In this document: in pieces, positions 36,641 through 49,500 of the stretch
How positions within the stretch are numbered: the first letter of the stretch is position 1
Layout: each line of letters begins with the position of its first letter
From: Balanoglossus misakiensis
Taxonomy: Eukaryota; Animalia; Hemichordata
Assembly (NCBI GenBank): GCA_040954595.2
Contig: CM082590.2
Coordinates: 6,386,001-6,450,000 of the forward strand
Direction: 5' to 3'
Length of the DNA stretch: 64,000 nucleotides
Notes under the pieces: generated by a model
Seen by the model: the letters and a program-made list of their open reading frames with translations, nothing else
What the model was told of the DNA's origin: nothing
The model's database searches: none
Made by a program: the position numbers and the translations under genes

Positions 36641-37183
36641 GTGTGTGTGTGTATGTATGTATGTATGTATGTATGTATGTATGTATGTATGTATGTATGT
36701 ATGTATGTATGTATGTATGTATGTATGTATGTATGTATGTATGTATGTATGTATGTATGTATGTATGTATGTATGTATGTATGTATGTATGTATGTATGT
36801 ATGTATGTATGTATGTATGTATGTATGTATGTATGTATGTATGTATGTACATGTATGTATGTACATGTACATGTATGTATGTATGTATGTATGTATGTAT
36901 GTATGTATGTATGTATGTATGTATGTATGTATGTATGTATGTATGTATGTATGTATGTATGTATGTATGTATGTATGTATGTACATGTATGTATGTACAT
37001 GTACATGTATGTATGTATGTATGTATGTATGTATGTATGTATGTATGTATGTATGTATGTATGTATGTATGTATGTATGTATGTATGTATGTATGTATGT
37101 ATGTACATGTACATGTATGTATGTATGTATGTATGTATGTATGTATGTATGTATGTATGTATGTATGTATGTATGTATGTATG
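36641..37183 (+). repeat. (TATG)n microsatellite with periodic TACATG interruptions
   Basis: Direct reading; marks the left boundary of the tandem gene unit. Confidence 0.97.
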
Positions 37184-40100
37184 ACAGAGTCTTAACAGAG
37201 TCTTAACAATAAACAGTCGACACTCAACACTGCATTGTCACAATAATACCAGGCATATTATAAGTACTTTATGACATGGTCCAGAAAATGCAAATTGCGG
37301 GTGCCCATGTTAATTGTCGCCGATGAAAGACACTGGTGATGATGTTGTTCGAGGGTTTGTTCACTACAGAGCACGGTCAACTCTACTCAACTCTCATAAT
37401 GATTCTTGACCTTGACCCACTTTCCCTCTCCACCCTCGGACACAGAAGACAATAATAGACTCCACAATGCTCTATTGTTAATCACAGTCTGGAACAACTG
37501 TTGGTAGGCTAGCCTACAGAATAAACCGCAGAGAACATCTGTTGATAAAGGCAATTAAATTCTTCCAGGGGTATGGTCCCATGAGTTGGTGGTGTGGTCG
37601 TGAGAGACCCACAGAACTTCAATTGTCTGAAATTATCCACTTTCCCAAGATTAGAATCATGAATAACCTTGACAAAAAGTGCATTTCTCTTTATCAGTCA
37701 TTCAACCCATTTTTCACAATGAGAATTTTATTTTGTGATTTTTTTATATGTAAGGTCGGGTAATCGGAACAGCACATATTTTTTTTTATTTAGCCTTATT
37801 GTAAAACAAAATCGCCAAACGCAAACCATCCAGACAGTGTCTTTCTGTCTTGAATTGGCACGTGTTTACCCCTGTTGGTGAGATTCTATTGTCAACCCAA
37901 CTTAGAGGTGAACGTCTGGTCACCTCATTACAAAAGGTTCTTCTTTATACACTCTGGGTCGCACCTTGATGTTATTGAAAGGGACAATTTCTATTCTTCA
38001 GTGGAAGCATGTCACTGTACGAGTCGACACTCAGTACTTAAGTTTTATGTACTAGTACATGGGCGAATTGAACTAATAGTACAGTTAATAGTGTCTTGTT
38101 TAAACCTCTGTTATCAGTTGTTCAATTAAAGCCCCATGAGCTGCAACTCTGGACATTTTAAAACTTTAAAAAATCTCGGACATGCTTTTAGTGCCAACCA
38201 CCCAGACACGTTGGTGAGATTCTACTGTCACCCAAACTGAGACAAAGTAGAACAAATGGCACCATCAATTGTCTAGTCATCCATGTCCTAAAAACAAGTT
38301 TAATATAAGTGGGTGTGACACCCTTTTATTTAGCTAGCCATTGCCAGAGTACACAACTATCGTGGTATGCACACATGGGTATTAGAATTTCCATCGGGAA
38401 ACATGCTGAGTTCTGCAGCTTGAGTTGCAAATGAGTTTCCAATGGTACGTGAAAAAATACAAAAGGTGCCGTTCTACCGTTTTAACACGATGATAAACAT
38501 GACTGGCAATATATAGCTGTTGACATATTTTAGATTTTCATGACGGGACATCATAGTCCAGTGATTAGAGCATTGGATCGAATCCTAACTTGAATACAGT
38601 ATTTGTGTACCTTGAGGGGCAGACAAAAATTTGACTCCGACAGCGAACATCAGGAGACTACACTGAATGGAATTGCGAGAAAGTGATTGGATTTAGATGG
38701 TGCATGCATGTACGATAGCTGATCAGTGGGCTTCATCTCTCATATGGAATTTATCGATGAAAGGCCTGTGAAGGTATTAGAGTCTTATTGTGAAACAAAA
38801 TCCCCTGGGGCAAATTATCCAGACAGTGTCTTTCTGTCTTGAATGGGCACACGCTCAGCTTTGTTTGTGAGATTCTACTGTCCATCCAATTACTTCAAAG
38901 GTCAACGGCTGGTCACCTCAAGAAGTAGTGCCCTCTTTATCCACTCAGGGAGTGCACCGTGACATTCTTGAAAAGGAAGCTGTCTCAAGGACAATTCCTA
39001 TTCTTCAGTGGAAGCATGTCACTGTACGAGTCAACACACGGTAGATGTATTATTTCTTCATATACACGGGGGAATAGAACTAATATGTGGTTAAACATAG
39101 AGAACTGCACACAGCAGATTCAAACAGAATTCTTGCTGCCTTAAATACTAGTATTTTTAAATTTGGCCTTATTGTAAAACAAAATCGCCAGACGCAAACC
39201 GTCCAGACAGTGTGTTTCTGTCTTTCTGTCTTGAATTGCCACATGTTTACCCCTGTTGGTGAGATTCTATTGTCAACCCAACTTAGAGGTGAAGGCCTGG
39301 TCACCTCATTACAAAAGGTTCTTCTTTATACACTCTGGATCGCACCTTAATTGATGTTATTGAAAGGGACAATTTCTATTCTTCAGTGGAAGCATGCCAC
39401 TGTACGAGTCAACACTCGGTACTGAAGTTTTATGTACTGTACTAGTACATGGGCGAATTGAAGTAATAGTTAAGAGTGTCATGTTTAAATCTCTTTTAAC
39501 AGGTGTTCAATTAAAGTCCCGGGTGCCAACCATCCAGACAGTGTCTTTCTGTCTTGAAATGGCACAGGTTTACCCCTGTTGGTGAGATTCTACCGTCACC
39601 CAAACTGAGACAATGTAGAACATGGTCACCTCAATTCTCTAGTCATCCTTGTCCTCTCTAGGCAAATGTTCACCAGACCTGGCAACAGTCCAAAGTGTCA
39701 ATAAGATTATGTCTGCCCACCGATTGTTCGCAAGGTCAATCTGACCTTAAGGTAATTATATTTTCAAAATAAATACAATTGTTTTTATATATAATGAAAG
39801 ATGCATGCATTTTCCTGAGCAATAAATGATCGCGAATAAAAATAAGAAGTCACTTAAACATAGTCAAACAAGCTCGCAAGAAAATGTTGTATTGTATTTA
39901 ACATTTGTGAACGAATGGAGATCTAACTTTGTCGAACGTATTCAGCATTGTAAATTAAGTTGGTGTCGTCATTTTTAACCAATCAAACGTCGAGTCTATT
40001 TGCACGCTCATTTTGTCAACCAATAGCTCAGGGTGTCTTTGTTGCACCGTTTGTACATAAGAAGTTCTGTTGCTATCGTCCCAGCAGTGCGCGCACTTCT

Positions 40101-40300
40101 GCATCGAAAACAAGCTGAAGCTGACTCGGAAAAATGGGGTAGGTTTCAAAATCCAGTTGTTTTGCTCAGGTACCATACTGCAGCTGTCATAACGAAATAT
40201 CGCCAATATCGTGTTACTTAGTATCGCCGTGGTGGATCAGATGCTTTGCTCATTTTGTTAAATATCTCCATTTGCTTTACGTGAACTTTGGGAGGTTTTA
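37181..40300 (+). repeat. Upstream block of the tandem gene unit, copy 1
   Basis: ATGACAGAGTCTTAACAGAGTCTTAAC at 37181 recurs at 57770. A 5'-truncated copy starts at ~46540. Confidence 0.92.
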
Positions 40301-43300
40301 TCCTTCTATGTTCACATGAGGCAGCAATAAGACTGAAAAAATCCCTGCCACTAATTTTATTCTACTACTATCATGTGTCCCAACTGTGGTGGTGTGCATT
40401 TGAGAGTCTGGTCAGGGTGTCGGTTCAAGTGAAAAGACGTGAACATGTGCAGAGTATAGATTTCAACACCGATGACTTAAGTTCAAAAAGACCAGCCATG
40501 GACATACAGGACAAGACTTATAGTCCATGCAGGACCAGGGGGATGGGCACATTATGTTGAACTATTTTTCCTCCTTTTATTATATTTCAGTATTATTTTG
40601 TTGTGCCGAAGTTACAATGCAAACCACAATTAATCAGCATTTCATAAAACTGTTGATTGAACCCAAGCTGTGAACGCAGGGAGACATTAAAATACAAGTT
40701 CACAGAAAGACATGTCAAATGTAAATTAATTACTTCATAACTGATTTGTCTTCAATTTCCAGGTTTACAAAACTCTCTTTGGCAGTGTACTGTCTACTGA
40801 TCATCTTTGCGAGCTCTTTGGCGCAGGGTGAGTAAATATCGAGGTGGGAGCGGGGGAGGGAAAGAGAGGAAGGGAGGGGACAGAGAAGAGGACTGATTGA
40901 TTATCAATTTTATTTTAAAACAACTGTAAAGAGACCGAATATCTTCACAGCTGATTTCAATTCAATTGAATTGATCGCATGCTCAGTGGAAATTGTGACA
41001 CACGACGAGAAGTAAAGTCATGCCGGGACGTAAAATACAGGGCGATATTTTATGGCACACGTCACCAAGGGCTCGAGTATAGTCTTGTCAACTGTTAAAA
41101 TAGAGAACACTGTTGATGTTGTTTAAACAGCTACTTATGTACTCTCATCACGTGGCAGAACCATTTACTTAAAACTTTGTTGCTAAACTTATTCAGATGT
41201 TGATTGTCAAATTGAACATTAATTTCTGCACATAACACTCCACGATTATTGCTCAAGTTTTCCCGGTCTTTATACTTTCAGATGTTTCGGTTGTGGACAA
41301 TGTCATTACAAACGCCGACACTGTGACATATATGGTTGGTGGAGTGGCACAGACCATTACTTTTACGCTGGGTCTCAGTGAATCAGATGGGTTTGGCAGT
41401 CCTGGTGCTGGTGGTAAAATTGCGAAAGTCGGCGTCTACTTCACTGATAACGCTGAATTTGAACTCGCAACCACAACTTCCACGGCCGTAGAAAAGACGT
41501 ATTCACCTGAGCTCGATGTTGCCGCTGACGCATCTGGTGCCACAGATATTATTAATGGGGAAACAGTCGATTTGGACATTGACTCCACCAACTGTGCAGC
41601 CTATACACACATGTCTGTATTGTTATCACCGCCACGGGAGATACAGATACAGCCAACGACGATGGTTGTCTCCCTTTTGGTGCAACTGTGGGTACTGGTG
41701 CTGGAGCAAAGCAGTGTACAGGTAAAGGTTTTCACTTATTTCAGGATGCTTGACATGGAATGCCTGCAGTGGCTGACACCTACCGTGTTGGCCAAACGCT
41801 TTCAAAATTTATATGTGGAACCAGTAACCAAATGTATCACCAAGTAACATCATAAGATTGTTCCCTTCTTGTTTAAATTCGCGCAACAAAAAGTAATTGT
41901 ATAAAAGTTAGATTTCATTAACTATTTCCAGGGTAAAAACAAAATACTCTACCACAGATTGCTCAAATGTAAATATGTAGATACCGGAATTTTGTGGCGT
42001 TTTCAGTCTTATAGTCTGTTCAATATTTTTGCCACTGTTTTGCATATGTTTATTTCTAGCACCCGGAGTCAAGGCTGGTAGTTTTTCTGCCACTGCTCCT
42101 CTGACCTATACCATTGACAAGACCACTCCTGTAGCATTCACCTTTTCCATCGGTCTGACGAATGCTGATGCGTCGAACTCCATCATTTGCACTGGCATCA
42201 ACATTTACCTGTCGGACGATGAGGCTCTGACGACCACCTCGACTGCGGTAGCTGCAGCAGGGGTCACCTTCCCCGTCACAATTGCTGCCTCTTCAGACGG
42301 CACTTCAGCCACGACGGGTCTGACTGCGAGCATCACAGCAGACGTCGCCCAGTGCAGTTCGTATATGTACCTGTGCGCTCAAGTCACGCCCGGCGATGTA
42401 AAAGGATGTTTTAGTATCAGTGGGAACATTGACTGTCCAGGTGAGAAAGAGAGAGGGAGAGAGAGAGATGAGATGAGATGAGAGAGGGGGAAGGGGAGGT
42501 AGGGGAATGGAGGGAATAGGAATCATACCTCAAGCTTAATTAATCATACAGTTGACACACCTCTAAAAGAGTCTTGCTGTACTGATGACAGTTTTAAAGT
42601 CTTTAAAATTTGTCATTAAAGACCCAGACAACTTCCTGGAGCAACGCCGACACCATGCATTCCGATGAGATTTTCCAATATTGTTTGACCTATAACCATG
42701 TTGTCCATTTTGTACCTTCTGTAGATCCAACCACTGCAGCAACCACTGCTTCAAACATTGCAGCAACAACTGCAGCCATGAAAGAGCCAGGTAAATTTAA
42801 GATAGTATATGCCTCAGGGACATTTTTAGAAATAGTTTGTTCCTCCATATCTTTCAATTCTTTACTAAATTAAAGTGTGTAAGGAGAACGTATGAAAACA
42901 AAGAAGAATACAAGGTGTTCACTGCCTTGTTTTCAAAACAAATCTTCACTTTATATTTTCTCTCTAGACTTAAGGGGATTGGGGGCTCTGGCGGCCATTT
43001 TGAAGTTCAAAATTTTGAACGATGACCCCAATTTTAGGAGAGAACAAACATAATCTAAAGTTGTAGTTTAAGACTTTGTTTTTGAGGAACATACTACCTT
43101 GATTCTGATGCGTGTTTGGAATGTACTGAACATCTGCCAATTTAGAGAAATAGCTTGTATCAGCACCAGTTGATTTTATGATTTATTTCTATTCTATTTA
43201 TTTGTAAACAGCAACAATGGTCACAAGAAATGTCTGTCCTTGCTTACTATAATATAAGAAAGAGAAAATATCGAAATGATTTTATATTATCGAAATAGTG

Positions 43301-43985
43301 AACATTTATAATACTGTATTTCCGCCATAAAGTACCAAAATATGAGCCAATTAACTAAAACACAATGTAGTTCAATAGCATATGTTTGTTGTGAAAAATT
43401 ATGTAAAGCTAAATTTGAATATAATCTTATAGACTTAAAGGGATTGGGGGCTCTGGCGGCCATTTTGAAGTTCAAAATTTTGAACGATGACCCCAATTTT
43501 AGGAGAGAACAAACTTAATCTAAAGTTGTAGTTTAAGACTTTGTTTTTGAGGAACATACTACCTTGATTCTGATGTGTGTTTGGAATGTACTGAACATCT
43601 GCCAATTTAGAGAAATAGCTTGTATCAGCACCATTTGATTTTATGATTTCTATTCTATTTATTTGTAAACACCAACAATGGCCACAAGAGTTGTCATTAC
43701 TTGCTTACTAATATAAGAGAAAATACTGAAATGATTTTATATTATGGAAATAGTGAACATTTACAATACTGTATTTCGAGTGATTTGAGCCATAAAGTAC
43801 CAAAATATGAGCCAATTAACTCAAACACAATGTAGTTCAATAGCATATGTTTGTTGTGAAAAATTATGTAAAGCTAAATTTGAATATAATCCTTTTGTTC
43901 AGGTTGTGGAGCTGCAGGGATTTCCAATGGAATCTACTGTGTTCTTATCAGTCTGTGTATTTACACAGCCATGATTTTGCAGTGA
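40134..43985 (+). pseudogene. Uncharacterised two-domain, predicted GPI-anchored surface protein (paralogue X); +2 frameshift in exon 3 (345 aa if corrected)
   Basis: Exons 40134-40138 (ATG GG), 40763-40827 (signal peptide MGFTKLSLAVYCLLIIFASSLAQ), 41282-41721 (440 nt, extra CA at ~41605-41611), 42060-42440, 42725-42790 (Thr/Ala stalk) and 43903-43985 (GCGAAGISNGIYCVLISLCIYTAMILQ*). It could be functional by skipping exon 3, or the frameshift could be a sequencing error. Confidence 0.75.
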
Positions 43986-44538
43986 AGTCATTCTCGATTA
44001 AGGTAAGATCCCTTCCAAACCGCATGAGACTCTGCGAGATCTCGTATGGTTAGAAAATGTATATAGGAAGATACTAGAGTATGTTAGTAGGCGCGTAGAG
44101 CTATACCGGTACATGTGAAACATTTGTAAGAACTCCAAGATGCTCACACAATCATTGAGTACTTTCTCGGGTTTGTGATGCCATGCATATACTTAATAAT
44201 TGCCTAAAAATCACTCATGATATTTATAGCTGACCTGAACATTGTTTCTGTATAGGGGAAAAGGAAAATTTCATAGATTATGTTAGTAGGATAGTTTGAG
44301 AATAAAATATAGGCCTGAACAACATGCCTGAAATACTGGAACTCAGCATGCAAAATCTTCCCATGATGCTATCGCCCATGTATCCATTGCCAGAAGTCAG
44401 GACCAAACAATAACCCGAGGACTATAAAATATTAACATTTGTTTTGTCCATTATGTTTTAGGACTGGTATACACACTACAGACCTGCGGAACCAGTGTCA
44501 TACCTGTTTCACTAAGCTTTATGTCAATCTTTCAACAA

Positions 44539-44803
44539 TTAAAGGGACAAAGTCTCTCTCTCGCTGCCCTTTTTCCATTAATTATGTTTGATACAAGACA
44601 CCATTTATGTTAATGTACATGTGGATGTATAGTGAATCAATGTTCGTCCACACACAACTTCCATCCCGCTTGTAGACACGAGAGTGAAAAACTCGCCAAA
44701 ATGAATAATCGGTCTCTACCATTTATTCATTTTGGCGAGATTTTTACTCTCATATCCTCCAAACCTGATGAAAGTTGTGTGTGGTTGAACTTTGTCCTTT
44801 TAA
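44539..44803. mobile_element. MITE family A (right arm deleted) in the 3' region of paralogue X
   Basis: Same deletion as the copy at 55999-56268, so it predates the block duplication or homogenisation. Confidence 0.85.
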
Positions 44804-45009
44804 TGAACTTGTTAGCATTCCTTCGCACAGCAGAATTAATGCGAATAGGAATAGGTCAGAAAACAAAGAAAATGAACATTTAAAAAAGGCTTTTTTTAAC
44901 GTGTCCTTGAAATTTACCATATCTTATACACCCCTCTCAGTATTAGTGAAATCAAATTCTATCAAAACCGTTTGAGAAAATCTTTATAATTCTTTAGATC
45001 AATTCATTA

Positions 45010-45289
45010 GGCCAAAAAAATATGTGCTGTTCCGATTACATGGTTTTCAAAAGTAGGGTAGGTAGCTAGGGAAATTGTTTTAGTTTGCAATTTTCTTTAT
45101 ACCTTTTGCCGCCGTATTGTAGAAGAATGACATCATAGTTCTTACGTGATTCTCGCAATTTTCATAAATTTTGTATATTTGACGTCTTTATTTTTACTTC
45201 CGGTTTACGAAGGTCTAAAAAGTTTAGGGTAAGGGGCTAAAATTAGGGTAGGTCGGGTAATCGGATCAGCTCATATTTTTTATTTGGCC
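45010..45289. mobile_element. GGCC-terminated TIR MITE (PIF/Harbinger-like); duplicate at ~56509-56788
   Basis: GGCCAAAAAAATATGTGCTGTTCCGATTAC...GTAATCGGATCAGCTCATATTTTTTATTTGGCC. Half copies lie at ~37755, ~46780 and ~58357. Confidence 0.7.
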
Positions 45290-46046
45290 TTCTTAGTTTA
45301 ACATTTTGAATCCTGTTGTAATCAGTACATTGTAGTATTAAATGATGTTTTTTATTTTACTAAATGTTCATCTACGTTTCACGTTAACGTCCAAATAGTG
45401 AGTGTTGCTTAATTCTTAATCTATAATTATGGCATGACATTTTGGATGGTTTTAGTTTATGACGATGCTATGGATGACGTCAAATGAAATGTTTGTCACG
45501 ACATTTTGTGACGAGTGTATCATTTGTTCGCACGACTCCGTATCCGAGACCGACTCCCGCTAGAGGGCGTACTTTCATACGGCCTGTCATGACATGGATA
45601 TATTTGAGGAATTTATCAAACACAAATTCACATTACCAATACGTACATTTTTGAACAGATTGTTGAAGTGTTATCATACTTGGATTATTTTACACGCAAG
45701 GAAATAAATTGTGTTGGTAGACCAGCATTTCTTTGTCTTTTGTATTCTTGTTTATGAACCACGAAATGTGAAATCGCGAAACAATCTTTGTTGTCGTTTT
45801 CTAAAATGTCGTCTCATTTTCCCTTGGTGTCACTGGGAGACTCAAACATAAAAACAAGGTAATTTGAACTTTATATCAAGGTACACGGTACCAAACCTTT
45901 TATGCCAGAATAAGTGAGCCCTCAACGGCCAAACTGGCCAACCGTTGAGGGCGCAACAGATAGTGGGTGTTGTCAACATCAGGCAGCTGTGACTTTTCCA
46001 TTTTAACTTGAATTAGAGATGTCATATATAGGAAGAAATATCCATG

Positions 46047-46538
46047 ATTATAATATGCTTGGTGTGAATCTAGCTCGCTGATTGGCTGGAGCCGGGGTTT
46101 ATATTCTCGACAAGAAGACCTAGTACCTGGACCCTGAACAGTGAATAGTTTTTTAAAAAAGTATCCGAAATAGAACACGTAGAAGAGAACGCGCCTGAAT
46201 AGAACGCACTTTCCACATTCTATTGGTGGTGGCATAAAATCGTGTGACTTTAGAAATTCTAGAACACGTTTGCACGAGCTCAGCTTGCGTATTCTGGAAC
46301 AGTGCGCGACGAGGCCCTTGAACTAGCACGATTTATTCTCAACCAAACAACGGATTTGAAAAAAAATGAAATTGTTTATCTTTATCAAGCAAAATCATAT
46401 TATAATGAGGTTATAAACGGTGCGCTCGGGTATTTGGTTGACGATATAAGACCTCTCAGGTGAAAATTAGCATATTTGGGTTAAATAATCACTTCGCTTC
46501 GCTCAGTGATTATTTCCCGCCAAATATGCTAATTTTCC
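46047..46538. mobile_element. Hairpin-bearing non-autonomous element at the junction between duplicated blocks
   Basis: GCTGATTGG near the start. Hairpin at 46462-46537 (GAAAATTAGCATATTTGG..AAATAATCACT-TCGCTTCGCTC-AGTGATTATTT..CCAAATATGCTAATTTTC). Absent at the equivalent junction at 57530. Confidence 0.6.
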
Positions 46539-46539
46539 G

Positions 46540-49500
46540 AATAAACCGCAGAGAACATTTGAGAACTGTTGATAAAGGCAATTAAGTTCTTCCAGGGGTA
46601 TGGTCCCATGAGTTGGTGGTGTGGTCGTGAGAGACCCACAGAACTACAATTGTCTGAAATTATCCACTTTCCCAAGATTAGAATCATGAATAACCTTGAC
46701 AAAAAGTGCATTTCTCTTTATCAATCATTCAACCCATTTTTCACAATGAGAATTTTATTTTGTGATTTTTTTATATGTAAGGTCGGGTAATCGGAACAGC
46801 ACATATTTTTTTATTTTTAGCCTTATTGTAAAACAACATCGCCAAACGCAAACCATCCAGACAGTGTCTTTCTGTCTTGAATTGGCACATGTTTACCCCT
46901 GTTGGTGAGATTCTATTGTCAACCCAACTTAGAGGTGAACGCCTGGTCACCTCATTACAAAAGGTTCTTCTTTATACACTCTGGGTCGCACCTTGATGTT
47001 ATTGAAAGGGACAATTTCTATTCTTCAGTGGAAGCATGTCACTGTACGAGTCGACACTCAGTACTTAAGTTTTATGTACTGATACATGGGCGAATTGAAC
47101 TAATAGTACAGTTAATAGTGTCTTGTTTAAATCTCTTTTAACAGGTGTTCAATTAAAGCCCCATATCCTTTGCAACTCTGGACATTTTAAAGCTTTAAAA
47201 AATCTCGGATATGCTTTTAGTTCAAACCACCCAGACACGTTGGTGAGATTCTACTGTCACCCAAACTGAGACAAAGTAGAACAAATGGCACCATCAATTG
47301 TCTAGTCATCCATGTCCTAAAACAAGTTTAATATAAGTTGGTGTGACACCCTTTTATTTAGCTAGCCATTGCCAGAGTACACAACTATCGTGGTATGCAC
47401 ACATGGGTATTGTTGAGTTCTGCAGCTTGAGTTGCAAATGAGTTTCCAATGGTACGTGAAAAAATACAAAAGGTGCCGTTCTACCGTTTTAACACGATGA
47501 TAAACATGACTGGCAATATATAGCTGTTGGCTTATTTTAGATTTTCATGAGGGGACATCATAGTCCAGTGGTTAGAGCATTGGATCGAGCCCTAACTTGA
47601 ATACAGTATTTGTGTACCGTGAGGAGCAGACAAAAATTCAGGAGACTGCACTGAATGGAATTGCGAGAAAGTGATTGGATTTAGATGGTGCATGTACGAT
47701 AGCTGATCAGTGGGCTTCATCTCTCATATGGAATTTATCGATGAAAGGCCTGTGAAGGTATTATAGTCTTATTATGAAGTGAAATCCCCTGGGGCAAACC
47801 CTCCAGACAGCGTCTTTCTGTCTTGAATGGGCACACGTTCAGCTTTGTTTGTGAGATTCTACTGTCCACCCAACAGCATCAAGGGTCAACGTCTGGTCAC
47901 CTCAAGAAGTAGTGCCCTCTTTATCCACTCCGAGAGTGAATGAAATCAGAGAACGCGAAAATTAATACTCGCGAAACTGGCCTCTCTCGATATCGCAAAA
48001 ATTTCAACTCGCGAAAATAAAGTGTTTTACAGTATTTTTTAATTTGGCTTTATTGTAAAACAAAATCGCCAGACGCAAACCGTCCAGACAGTGTCTTTCT
48101 GTCTTTCTGTCTTGAATTAGCACACGTTTACCCCTGTTGGTGAGATTCTACTGTCAACCCAACTTAGAGGTGAACGACTGGTCACCTCATTACAAAAGGT
48201 TCTTCTTTATACACTCTGGGTCGCACCTTAATTGATGTTATTGAAAGGGACAATTTATATTCTTCAGTGGAAGCATGCCACTGTACGAGTCAACACTCGG
48301 TACTGAAGTGTTATGTACTGTACTAGTACATGGGCGAATTGAACTAATAGTTAAGAGTGTCATGTTTAAATCTCTTTTAACAGGTGTTCAATTAAAGTCC
48401 CGGGTGCCAACCATCCAGACAGTGTCTTTCTGTCTTGAAATGGCACACGTTTACCAATGTTGGTGAGATCACCCAAACTGAGACAAAGTAGAACAGCGTC
48501 ACCTCAATTCTCTAATCATCCTTGTCCTCTCTGGGCAAATGATCACCAGACCTGGCAACAGTCCAAAGTGTCAAAAAAAGATTATGTCTGCCCACCTAAC
48601 AAAACTAATTTTTTAGTCGATAAAGTGTTCCTGGCGGGAATTAATTCTGATTCAATACAACTCACCGTGAATTTGATCAAATTTTCTAAAAATCTAACTT
48701 TCCATCGCTGTTACTCATTAATGGAAGCAGATATCCCAAAACAAAATTTTCGTTTTTTTGCACGTGTACTCTAGTTTCGAATGACATATTAAGATGCATG
48801 GTCAACTTTTTTACCTTATTTCAATTGAATGACATAATATCAAAAAATGTTTTTTTTTAACCCCAAAACGCCACCATCTCCGGGGGTCAATAACATGTGC
48901 AAGTCAAACAAAAGTTCAAAAACTCAGCTTCCAGAATATGTATGGTTTATAGGGGTTTTAATGTTGTCTTTCATGAGAAAAGGCCTCTGAAAAAGTCTTG
49001 ACGGTTTCGTGCAATGCAACCTTAATTGAGTAATATTTAAATCTCTCATATTTAAATTTTTTTGAAGATTACGATGCAGTGAATGAAATCAGAGAACGCG
49101 AAAATTAATACTCGCGAAACTGGCCTCTCTCGATATCGCAAAAATTTCAACTCGCGAAAATAAAGTGTTTTACAGTATTTTTTAATTTGGCCTTATTGTA
49201 AAACAAAATCGCCAGACGCAAACCGTCCAGACAGTGTGTTTCTGTCTTTCTGTCTTGAATTGGCACATGTTTACCCCTGTTGGTGAGATTCTATTGTCAA
49301 CCCAACTTAGAGGTGAACGCCTGGTCACCTCATTACAAAAGGTTCTTCTTTATACACTCAGGGTCGCACCTTAATTGATGTTATTGAAAGGGACAATTTC
49401 TATTCTTCAGTGGAAGCATGTCACTGTACGAGTCAACACTCGGTACTGAAGTTTTATGTACTGTACTAGTACATGGGCGAATTGAACTAATAGTTAAGAG

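Larger units (their letters stand above)
42519..46047 (+). repeat. Downstream (stalk/GPI/3' UTR) duplicated block, copy 1; includes a ~465-bp intronic tandem duplication (42966/43431)
   Basis: Colinear with 54588-57530, including shared MITE insertions. Confidence 0.93.

Noticed and set aside
29882-37206. YVCM/HTYI/ERER/LSLS ORFs
   Set aside because: Microsatellite translations.
37975-38010. Minus-strand CTGAAGA-ATA-GAAA in the repeated module as another hammerhead
   Set aside because: No stem II and no convincing stem I or III.
37542-38129. ORFs conserved in three copies (MIKAIKFF..., MVRFYCQP...)
   Set aside because: Conservation reflects recent segmental duplication; non-ATG starts and no recognisable domain.
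38546-38630. tRNA gene
   Set aside because: A and B boxes are too close and there is no cloverleaf; at most a SINE relic.
45917-45953. 11-bp-stem hairpin GCCCTCAACGG...CCGTTGAGGGC (also ~57401)
   Set aside because: Present twice only because of the block duplication; no further evidence of function, and not a bacterial terminator in this context.
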